Shown here: positions 15,469 to 22,485 of the stretch, one piece after another | How the letters are laid out: every line of letters starts with the position of its first letter | Position numbering within the stretch: position 1 is the first letter of the stretch | From: Acidobacteriota bacterium | GTDB lineage: Bacteria > Acidobacteriota > Thermoanaerobaculia > Thermoanaerobaculales > Sulfomarinibacteraceae | Reading direction: 5' to 3' | NCBI GenBank assembly: GCA_015493585.1 | Contig: WGCW01000134.1 | Span: 1-25,738 of the forward strand | DNA length: 25,738 nt | Translations under genes and position numbers: made by a program | The notes under the pieces: model-generated | Told to the model about the DNA's origin: nothing | Database searches by the model: none | The model's input: the letters and a program-made list of their open reading frames with translations, nothing else

Positions 15469-15615
15469 ATGAGCCACAAGGTACGTCACAAGAGGAGACG
15501 GCCGAAGAAGCGTTACCTGGGCAAATACTCGCTGACTGAGATGATGCTCGCCGGCCTTGGCGCGCTGATCATCCTGATCATCCTCGCCATGATCATCTCC
15601 GCCATCGCCGGGTGA
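15469..15615 (+). CDS. Small membrane protein, 48 aa: a basic N-terminus followed by one transmembrane helix.
   Basis: The sequence is MSHKVRHKRRRPKKRYLGKYSLTEMMLAGLGALIILIILAMIISAIAG. RBS GGGAGGAGG lies 4 nt upstream. It sits 75 nt upstream of htpX on the same strand. Confidence 0.45.
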   Translation: MSHKVRHKRRRPKKRYLGKYSLTEMMLAGLGALIILIILAMIISAIAG

Positions 15616-15690
15616 CCCCGGGAAGATTGCCGGGCGCCATTCCGTTTTTTGTACCAACGGGGGCGTGCCCCTGGATGGAGGTCAAAACCG

Positions 15691-16548
15691 ATGAACATGT
15701 TCAAGACGGCGCTCCTGCTCGGAATCATGACCGCCGTTCTGCTGTGGGCGGGAGATGCGATGGCGGGGCAGACGGGGCTGATCCTGGCGTTGATCTTTGC
15801 CGCGGCTCTCAATTTCTCGAGCTGGTTCTTCTCCGACAAGATTGCGCTCCGCGCTCACAAGGCGCAGCCGGTCACGGAGGCGGAAGCGCCCGAGCTCTAC
15901 GCTGTGCTCCACGAGCTGACCGGACGCGCAGGACTTCCGATGCCACGGGTCTACGTCCTCCCCGAGGATCAGCCGAACGCATTTGCCACCGGACGCAACC
16001 CGCAGCACGCAGCGGTTGCTGTCACCCGTGGTCTGCTCCAGACGATGAACCGCGAGGAGCTCAAGGGGGTGCTCGGCCACGAGCTTGCCCACGTCAAGCA
16101 CCGGGACATCCTGATCATGTCGGTCGCCGCCACCTTAGCCGGCGCGATCATCGTGCTCGCCCGCATGGCGGGGTGGGCGCTCCTCTTCGGAGGGTTCGGA
16201 GGACGGGGCAGCCGGGACCGCGGCGGTGCCCTCGGTGGGCTCCTGTTCTACCTGCTCGCGCCGCTGGCCGCCATGTTGATTCAGATGGCGATCTCACGTT
16301 CGCGCGAGTTCGCCGCCGACGAGGGTGGCGTCCAGTTCGCCGGTGGCCCCCAGGGGCTCGCATCCGCTCTCCGCAAGCTCGGCGCCTTGACCCCCAGGAT
16401 CCCGATGCGGACCGCCAAGCCGGCCACCGCACACATGATGATCGCCAACCCGTTCGGAGGCCAGTCCATGATGCGGCTCTTCTCGACCCATCCACCGATC
16501 GAAGAGCGCATCCGCAGGCTCGAATCGATGGGCGCACACCTCGGATAG
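15691..16548 (+). CDS. htpX: Zinc metalloprotease HtpX (peptidase M48), 285 aa.
   Basis: N-terminal TM helices, the HEXXH motif in GVLGHELAHVKHRD, and a downstream EFAAD glutamate. I chose the ATG at 15691 (RBS GGAGG at 15676-15680) rather than the track start at 15649. Confidence 0.9.
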   Translation: MNMFKTALLLGIMTAVLLWAGDAMAGQTGLILALIFAAALNFSSWFFSDKIALRAHKAQPVTEAEAPELYAVLHELTGRAGLPMPRVYVLPEDQPNAFATGRNPQHAAVAVTRGLLQTMNREELKGVLGHELAHVKHRDILIMSVAATLAGAIIVLARMAGWALLFGGFGGRGSRDRGGALGGLLFYLLAPLAAMLIQMAISRSREFAADEGGVQFAGGPQGLASALRKLGALTPRIPMRTAKPATAHMMIANPFGGQSMMRLFSTHPPIEERIRRLESMGAHLG

Positions 16549-16649
16549 CCTCGCGAACGGCGGCTTTGGACGACGGCGGCTCAGCGTGAAGAGCAGTGCG
16601 CTGGCAGTCGTCTCACCGGTTGGAGGAGATCACGAGTGAGTCGTGCGGG

Positions 16650-17723
16650 CTAGGAGATGAACATCGCATCTCCATAGGAGAAGAACCGGTAGCGCCGAAG
16701 GACGGCCTGGCGGTAGGCTGCCAGCGCATGCTCACGACCGGCAAAGGCGCTAACGAGCATCAGGAGCGTCGACTTCGGCCAGTGGAAGTTCGTCAGCAAC
16801 CCGCCAAGCCCTTGAAAGTGAAAGCCCGGCGTGATGAACAGGCGGCTCCATCCTGATCCCGGGCGCAGCATCCCGCCTCCTGTGATCAGACCAGTCTCGA
16901 GGGTCCGGACCGCCGTCGTACCCACACACACGATCCGCCGCTGGCTGGCGAGGGCGCGGTTGATCGTGCGGCTGGCCCCTTCCGTGATTTCGTACCACTC
17001 CGCGTGCATCGTGTGATCTTCGATCCGCTCGACGGTGACGGGCCGGAAGGTGCCGATCCCGACGTGGAGGGTCACCTGGGCAATCTCGATCCCGCGGGCC
17101 GCGATCTCCTCGAGCATCTCGTGCGTCAGGTGCAGGCCAGCGGTTGGGGCGGCTACGGCTCCAGGCTTATCGGCGAAGACCGTCTGGTACGCTCGCCTGT
17201 CATCCTCCGTGGCGCCGTCCGGCCTGTGGATGTACGGGGGAAGCGGCGGTTGACCCAATGCATCGAGCCGCTCGAGGTCGAGCGCCGGCACGCAGCGGAT
17301 CCGCCAGCGCCCCTCACCAAGCCGTTCCTCGGGCACGAGGGCACCACCGTCTGGAAGGTGGAGCTCTTCCCCGGGCCGGGCCCTCGCTGACGGGCGCAGC
17401 AGCGCTTCCCACCGCTCCTCGTCCAGCGCTTTGAGGAGGAGCACCTCGAACGTCCGGCCCGTCGCGCGCTGGGCGCTCAGACGTGCGGGGAGCACCTTCG
17501 TGTCGTTGAGCACGAGCACATTGCCCGGCACGAGCAGGGTGGGAAAGTCGGCCACGCGCCGGTGCCCAACCGCTCCGGTACGCCGGTCCAGCGTCATCAT
17601 CCTCGCAGTTCCCCGCGGCCGGGGGGCCTGCGCAATCAGCTCGGGAGGCAGCTCGTAGTCAAACTCGCTCGTCCGCACCGGCGCATCATACTCCGGCAAA
17701 GGCCCGGAGAAAGGCGGTGACAC
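16650..17723 (-). CDS. queA: S-adenosylmethionine:tRNA ribosyltransferase-isomerase QueA, 342-357 aa.
   Basis: FDYELPPELIAQAP, VLVLNDTKVLPARL and LHLTHEML...HVGIGTFRPV are hallmark QueA blocks. The ORF begins with GTG at 17723. A second in-frame GTG at 17678 (V16, with GGAG 14 nt upstream) would give the more typical N-terminus VRTSEFDYELP. Confidence 0.88.
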   Translation of the reverse strand: MSPPFSGPLPEYDAPVRTSEFDYELPPELIAQAPRPRGTARMMTLDRRTGAVGHRRVADFPTLLVPGNVLVLNDTKVLPARLSAQRATGRTFEVLLLKALDEERWEALLRPSARARPGEELHLPDGGALVPEERLGEGRWRIRCVPALDLERLDALGQPPLPPYIHRPDGATEDDRRAYQTVFADKPGAVAAPTAGLHLTHEMLEEIAARGIEIAQVTLHVGIGTFRPVTVERIEDHTMHAEWYEITEGASRTINRALASQRRIVCVGTTAVRTLETGLITGGGMLRPGSGWSRLFITPGFHFQGLGGLLTNFHWPKSTLLMLVSAFAGREHALAAYRQAVLRRYRFFSYGDAMFIS

Positions 17724-17737
17724 ACCACAAGCGGCCG

Positions 17738-18319
17738 CTACACGTGGAGCTTGACGCGGATCGGCGTGTCCCAGCCCTCCGGCGACACGACCAGCGTGAC
17801 CGGTTGCCCTTTGGCGAAACCGGCCGGCCTGGGAAAGTACAGAAGATCGATCGTCCAGTAGAACTGCGGAAGTTCGACGCGCTGGATCCGGACGCCCTCA
17901 CTGCCGTTGGCCACGACGGGGAAAAAGTTTGATGGAACCAGATACTCGAGATCCAGCCTCGTCCCGAACGGCATGCCGTACAGGCGAATCATTGTCAGAT
18001 CGAAGCTCTGTTTCGTGTATCGTTTCCTCAGCTCAGGAATCGTTGGCATCTTCAGCGGCACACCACCAGCACCAACGAGCGTGAAACTGTCGTGGTTCAG
18101 GACCACGGAGCTTCGAGACCTGTTGTAGACAGCCACGGCCAGCGGGATGAACGCTTCCTTCGTCCGGTGCAGGGCGATGTCGACGCTGACCCAGACCTGC
18201 CCTTCGTTCGTCTTGGCTGTAAAGATCGTTTTCGTCTTGCTGCCAGCCGTGGCCCCGGTTGCCGTGCCAAGCGTCATCAGGATGACCAGTCCAATCACCA
18301 CGCAGGTTTGCCGTCTCAT
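17738..18319 (-). CDS. Hypothetical secreted or lipoprotein-like protein, 193 aa.
   Basis: The ATG at 18319 with RBS GGAGG (6-nt spacer) gives MRRQTCVVIGLVILMTLGTATGATAGS, a signal peptide. The start forms a 4-nt ATGA overlap with the upstream bPH-like gene stop. No family recognised. Confidence 0.6.
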   Translation of the reverse strand: MRRQTCVVIGLVILMTLGTATGATAGSKTKTIFTAKTNEGQVWVSVDIALHRTKEAFIPLAVAVYNRSRSSVVLNHDSFTLVGAGGVPLKMPTIPELRKRYTKQSFDLTMIRLYGMPFGTRLDLEYLVPSNFFPVVANGSEGVRIQRVELPQFYWTIDLLYFPRPAGFAKGQPVTLVVSPEGWDTPIRVKLHV

Positions 18320-18320
18320 C

Positions 18321-18794
18321 TCACACCTCCGTTCCCATGTTTTCCAGCTGCTGCCGAAGCGCTCCCGGATCCCGCGTTGGGAAGACCAGAATCCGGTCGA
18401 GGGATGGGAGCTTGAGCTCGGCCTCAACCTTGCTGAACAACCGTCTCCAGAACCGTGCCGGCCGGACATGCACACTCTCGAAAGCCTCCAGGCCCAGCCT
18501 GTGCTTGACCGGCCCAATCTGAACCATCAACCAACGCTTCCCAACCAACAGCTCACACCGGTAGAACTTGAGCAGGCCAAAGACGATCAGCGCGCCAGCG
18601 GTCCCGGCAGCCGCCCCGGCGTTTTCGAGCCACGATGCCGCTCCCCCCGCCATCAGCACGACCCCGCCGACGATCCCGGCAATGCCAAGAACCCAACCGG
18701 CAGCCGAGATCAGCGGGCGGAGCACAACGGCCTCGTAGAACTCGGGAAGATCCTCGATCTCCCCCTCGCGAAGCTGCCGCAGGTTTCGTCCCAT
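18321..18794 (-). CDS. Membrane protein with two TM helices followed by a bacterial PH-like (YdbS/YdbT-type) domain, 157 aa.
   Basis: The ATG at 18794 is preceded by AAGGAGGT. AAGWVLGIAGIVGGVVLMAGGAASW and GALIVFGLLKFY are hydrophobic helices. ELLVGKRWLMVQIGPVKHRLGLEAFESVHV resembles bPH_2. The family call is by resemblance only. Confidence 0.55.
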   Translation of the reverse strand: MGRNLRQLREGEIEDLPEFYEAVVLRPLISAAGWVLGIAGIVGGVVLMAGGAASWLENAGAAAGTAGALIVFGLLKFYRCELLVGKRWLMVQIGPVKHRLGLEAFESVHVRPARFWRRLFSKVEAELKLPSLDRILVFPTRDPGALRQQLENMGTEV

Positions 18795-18896
18795 CACACC
18801 TCCTTTTGGCATGTAGCGATGGCGCCTGAGGATGCCACTGCACACGCCCCACCGCTCAAACCCACCTCACCATCCCAAACATGGCGCCGAGGCCGG

Positions 18897-18914
18897 AAGA
18901 ATGCAAGCCGGTGC
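18897..18914. promoter_or_regulatory. Second copy of the GAAGAATGCAAGCCGGTG motif (reverse strand CACCGGCTTGCATTCTTC), 107 nt upstream of the bPH-queA operon.
   Basis: See 15216-15237. Confidence 0.4.
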
Positions 18915-18958
18915 AGGTCTCTAAACACCCGCGCTAAGCTCCGCAACGATCGCAGAGT

Positions 18959-18980
18959 AGGGGACAGTGTCGAATCATTC
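18959..18980. promoter_or_regulatory. Second copy of GGGGACAGTGTCGAAT-C-ATTCG, a dyad with an 11-bp palindrome CGAATCATTCG.
   Basis: See 10537-10557. Confidence 0.45.
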
Positions 18981-19174
18981 GCACATCTCATCCGCCAGAA
19001 TCGCTCACCTTCGGTTTGATTCGGGCATCTTCGTGCTGGGCATGCCGGGATTATAGACAAACGAGCGTTCCCCCCGGCGTTCTTACCGTCCTTTATGCGA
19101 AACCTCTTTGTGGGGAGCAGAATCATCCTCTCGTGTCCTGCCGATTCGAAGGGGCGAGCCTAGTCCACGGGATG

Positions 19175-19407
19175 CCCCCCACCCAGATCCTTCGCCTTCG
19201 GCTCAGGATGACAAGAAAAGTGGAATGGCTCAGGATGACAAGAAAAGTAGAATGGCTCAGGATGACAAGAAAAGTAGAATGGCTCAGGATGACGCGGACG
19301 AGGGATCATTCCGAGGAGGAGAAGTCATCGTTTCCCCTGTCATCCTTGAGGACAAACTATTCTTTCCCCTGTCATCCTGAGCCGAAGGCGAAGGATCCGG
19401 GTGGAGG
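19175..19407. repeat. Repeat-family member 4. The left inverted repeat CCCCCACCCAGATCCTTCGCCTTCG precedes three 27-nt units GCTCAGGATGACAAGAAAAGT(G/A)GAATG and a degenerate unit. Then come the arm TCATTCCGAGGAGGAGAAGTCATCG, 2x CCCCTGTCATCCT(T)GAG, and the right inverted repeat CCGAAGGCGAAGGATCCGGGTGGAGG.
   Basis: Units begin at 19202, 19229 and 19256. The ends are inverted-complementary (19182-19200 vs 19384-19400). Confidence 0.9.
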
Positions 19408-19494
19408 ACCACCCGAAGCTGCCCGCTTCTGCAGTTCTCTGCGAGAGGCCATGGCACTCACGGCTGACCGGTCATTGAACTGGTCTGCACCTCC

Positions 19495-19500
19495 CCCGTG
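19495..19500 (+). promoter_or_regulatory. Candidate -10 TACAAT for the Ser/Thr kinase operon. It is embedded in a near-palindromic AT-rich block TACAATAATTGT (19495-19506).
   Basis: TACAAT lies 67 nt upstream of the ATG at 19567. TTGAAC sits at 19465-19470, but with a 24-nt spacer, too far for a -35. The AT-rich near-dyad is unusual in this GC-rich DNA. Confidence 0.25.
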
Positions 19501-19566
19501 GGGGTACAATAATTGTGGGAACTTTGAGGTTAGATCAAGGAGCGCCTTGCGCGGGAGGTTCGCGAC

Positions 19567-21504
19567 ATGGGTACGATGCCGGAATACATCGGGCACTACC
19601 GCATCATTTCGGAGATCGGCCGGGGTGGGATGGGCGTGGTCTACAAGGCGGAGGAGGAATCGCTCAACCGGTTCGTCGCCGTCAAGGTCCTGGGAGAGCA
19701 CCTCACTCAGGACGCCACTTATGTAACCCGTTTTCAACGTGAAGCTCAGGCTGCCGCGCGGCTCAATCATCCAAACATCGTGCAGATCTACTTCATCGGC
19801 GAGGATAACGGCCGCCACTACTTCGCCATGGAATTCGTCGAGGGTCAGAGCCTTCAGGAGATACTCCGGACCAGGGACCACCTGCCTGCGGACGAAGCGG
19901 CGCGGCTCATGTTGCAGGCGGCCTCCGGGCTCGGCGTTGCCCACGCCGCCGGCATCATCCACCGGGACATCAAGCCGGCGAACCTCATGGTGACGAAGGA
20001 CGGCCAGCTCAAGATCACCGACTTCGGCCTCGCCCGCCCCACGGAGGCGGCCACCCGGCTGACCGCCACCGGGATGCTCATGGGGACACCGGCATATCTG
20101 GCACCGGAGCAGTGCCTCGATCAAACGATCGATCAGCGTGCCGATATTTTCTCCCTCGGCGTGACGTTCTTCGAAATGCTCACCGGCCGCCGGCCGTTCG
20201 AGGCAAATTCCCCGGTCGCACTGCTCAAAGTGATCGCCGACGCAGCGCCACCCGATCTCACGCTCGTCTCACCCAGCCCGGACAATCCACTCCGGCGCAT
20301 CCTCGAGCGCATGCTCGCCAAGGACCCGGCCGCACGCTACCAGAGCTGCTCCCAGCTCATATCAGACCTCTCGCGCTGGCTCGAAACATCGGCACCCGGC
20401 TCAGCGGCGCGCGAGGCGATGATCCCACCCCCGCTCCCGGGGATGCCGGGAAGCGGGATCACCCCCGAGGCACTCGAACAGACCCCGACGATCCACGTCG
20501 ACTCCGCCGCCAGCCAGCAGCCCGTTCCTCCCGTTCCGCCACCGCTCTCGCCGCCGGAACCACAACAACCGGCGCCTGGGCGCAACCACACGGGCGTCTG
20601 GGTTGCCCTTGGCATTGTGCTGCTCATCGCCGTCCTCGCCACGGCGGGGGCCGTCGCCTGGCATGCCGGGATCTTTCAGAGCATGGCAGCTCTGATGCCC
20701 GGCCACGCCCGGCAGGCGGCGGCCGTCACCCAACCACCGGCTGAAAACGAGGCCAACCAGTCACCGGCCGCAACACCGGTGGCGGACCAGGTCACCGCTC
20801 CGGACACCTTCGTCGACACCAGCGGCATCGAGGTCAGGTCCGGCCGGACCAGAACCTCGACTCCAAAAGCAGGCCACGGAGCTGGAACCGGAGCCGTCAG
20901 CGGTCCCCGGGTCACCCGCCGCCAGGAAGGCCGGTCTTCCTCGGAGATCGCGGGGACTGGAGCATCCACAAAGGCCTTGGCCGGATCCGCAGCAGCGACG
21001 GTTCCAGGCGGCAGGCCCGGCCGGACCGGAGCTCCTCCAGCCGAACCTCCGGCGCCGCGCCCAACTGGGATCGCCGTCATCGCCGTTGGTGAACCGGTGA
21101 TCGCAAGCGCGGCCGAACAGTACCTGACGTCGCGGCTGCGCGAGGCGGGCCTGAGGATCCTGACCGGCCGCGATATTCCGGCTCTCGACGGAGTGCTCTC
21201 GAGCTCACAGACCCCCTCGACCGGTGAGATCATCGACCATCTCTCCGGCAATGTCGCGGCCGCCGTCATCGTGCGGGCAACCTACCTCGGCTCACGCCAG
21301 TTGATCTACATGGGTCAGACCGGCCAGGCCTACCAGTCCCGTCTCGATCTCCAGTGCATCGACCTCATCTCCGGCTCCGGGCTCATGCCGGCATGGACGA
21401 AAACCGTCGAGTACACCCGGGTTCGCACCGACCGCACTGCCGCTAAGAACCTCGCTAACGTCGCTGACCGCCTGATCGGCGTGCTCGAGCAACGATCGCG
21501 GTAG
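19567..21504 (+). CDS. Hanks-type Ser/Thr protein kinase, 645 aa. The domains are a kinase domain, a Pro-rich linker, a single TM and an extracytoplasmic C-terminal domain of about 270 aa of unknown family.
   Basis: Motifs are GRGGMGVVYKA (G-loop), VAVKVL (VAIK), HRDIKPANLMV, DFGLAR and GTPAYLAPEQ. The TM segment is VWVALGIVLLIAVLATAGAVAW. RBS GGGAGG lies 8 nt before the ATG. The C-terminal domain (IAVIAVGEPVIASAAEQYLTSRLREAGLRIL...) is not one I can name. Confidence 0.92.
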   Translation: MGTMPEYIGHYRIISEIGRGGMGVVYKAEEESLNRFVAVKVLGEHLTQDATYVTRFQREAQAAARLNHPNIVQIYFIGEDNGRHYFAMEFVEGQSLQEILRTRDHLPADEAARLMLQAASGLGVAHAAGIIHRDIKPANLMVTKDGQLKITDFGLARPTEAATRLTATGMLMGTPAYLAPEQCLDQTIDQRADIFSLGVTFFEMLTGRRPFEANSPVALLKVIADAAPPDLTLVSPSPDNPLRRILERMLAKDPAARYQSCSQLISDLSRWLETSAPGSAAREAMIPPPLPGMPGSGITPEALEQTPTIHVDSAASQQPVPPVPPPLSPPEPQQPAPGRNHTGVWVALGIVLLIAVLATAGAVAWHAGIFQSMAALMPGHARQAAAVTQPPAENEANQSPAATPVADQVTAPDTFVDTSGIEVRSGRTRTSTPKAGHGAGTGAVSGPRVTRRQEGRSSSEIAGTGASTKALAGSAAATVPGGRPGRTGAPPAEPPAPRPTGIAVIAVGEPVIASAAEQYLTSRLREAGLRILTGRDIPALDGVLSSSQTPSTGEIIDHLSGNVAAAVIVRATYLGSRQLIYMGQTGQAYQSRLDLQCIDLISGSGLMPAWTKTVEYTRVRTDRTAAKNLANVADRLIGVLEQRSR

Positions 21505-21553
21505 GCTCGCTGCGGAACACCGGAACGCTTGGGGAGAAGCCGCTCGCAAAGCC

Positions 21554-21562
21554 TGCTATCCT
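21554..21562 (+). promoter_or_regulatory. Candidate extended -10 (TGcTATCCT) ending 8 nt before the ATG at 21571, which would make the nuclease mRNA leaderless.
   Basis: The TGn + TAnnnT geometry is read directly. No SD precedes 21571. Confidence 0.25.
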
Positions 21563-21570
21563 TCCGGGCG

Positions 21571-22407
21571 ATGGGTACGCCTGGATCTCACCCGACCCCG
21601 GTCAACGTCTTTTCCTTCTCCCGGCTCAAGGCGTTTATGCAATGTCCGCTGCGCTACAAACTCCGCTACCTCGACGGGCGTAGGGAGGCGTTCCGGTCGA
21701 TTGAGTCGTACCTCGGCAACGTGGTTCACGAAGTCCTCGAATGGATGTACGCCCGCCGCATGGAGGACCGGACGCCCGCGCTCGACGCGATCCTCGATGA
21801 GTTCGCGCACCGGTGGCAGGCTTCGTGGTCGGAGGAGGTCGCCGTCATCAGGGTCGGCAACGATCCAAAAGACAGCTACCGCGTCGGCCGTGAAATGCTG
21901 ACGACGTTCTACCACCAGGTTTACATCCACGATCTCAGCACGACCGTCGCGCTGGAGCAACGGCTCCATGCGCGTCTCGGCGAAGGCCTCGCATTCACCG
22001 GCTTCGCCGACCGGATCGGCCGGACCGCCCGGGGCCAGCTCTTCGTCGTTGACTACAAAACCTCTTCGCGTGAGGGCAACGGCGACGATTTCTCCGAAGG
22101 GCTGCAAGCGCCGCTCTACGCCGCCAGCGTCCTCGACCGGCACGGAGATGCCTCGTGCCTGGCGGGCTACCACTACCTTCGCTTTGGAACGACAAACTGG
22201 AGCACCGTCACCCGCGAGTCCGGCCGCACACTCCGGGATCGCTTCACCGCCATGGCCCGTCAGGCGCTCCTCGCGACCGATTTCCCGCCACGGCCTGGCG
22301 TGCTCTGCGCCTGGTGCGGCTTCAACCGGATCTGCCCCGCTGCCCAGGTGCCACCACAGCTCTCCGGCGGCCTCAATCCGCCACCCGAAGCCCTGCGGCC
22401 GCTGTAG
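21571..22407 (+). CDS. Cas4-like / RecB-family PD-(D/E)XK nuclease with a 4-Cys cluster, 278 aa from the ATG at 21571 or 292 aa from the TTG at 21529.
   Basis: The N-terminal FSFSRLKAFMQCPLRYKLRYL is the Cys-bearing AddB/Cas4-type motif. VVDYKTS is the D-x-K catalytic block. The C-terminal CAWCGFNRIC supplies three more Cys, giving a C...CxxC...C [4Fe-4S] arrangement as in Cas4/AddB. It is stand-alone, with no helicase fused and no cas neighbours. Confidence 0.8.
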   Translation: MGTPGSHPTPVNVFSFSRLKAFMQCPLRYKLRYLDGRREAFRSIESYLGNVVHEVLEWMYARRMEDRTPALDAILDEFAHRWQASWSEEVAVIRVGNDPKDSYRVGREMLTTFYHQVYIHDLSTTVALEQRLHARLGEGLAFTGFADRIGRTARGQLFVVDYKTSSREGNGDDFSEGLQAPLYAASVLDRHGDASCLAGYHYLRFGTTNWSTVTRESGRTLRDRFTAMARQALLATDFPPRPGVLCAWCGFNRICPAAQVPPQLSGGLNPPPEALRPL

Positions 22408-22422
22408 CCCAGCCCCCCCGTT

Positions 22423-22432
22423 CTGTGTAAGA
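22423..22432 (+). promoter_or_regulatory. Candidate -10 TGTGTAAGAT (TAAGAT at 22427-22432) for the radical-SAM/PTPS pair. A leader of about 46 nt ends in GGGGGATGAAGGGA.
   Basis: The 10-mer is identical to the one upstream of pilT (2697-2706). Confidence 0.3.
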
Positions 22433-22485
22433 TGGCACCCCCGCGCGGTCCCGACGGCCGGACCGGGGGATGAAGGGACACCCAG

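Noticed and set aside
15617-15650. CCCGG-N8-CCGGG stem followed (after 10 nt) by TTTTTT as an intrinsic terminator between the small peptide gene and htpX.
   Set aside because: The stem is only 5 bp and the T-tract is not adjacent to it. It more likely just forms part of the htpX 5' UTR, although a T6 run is unusual here.
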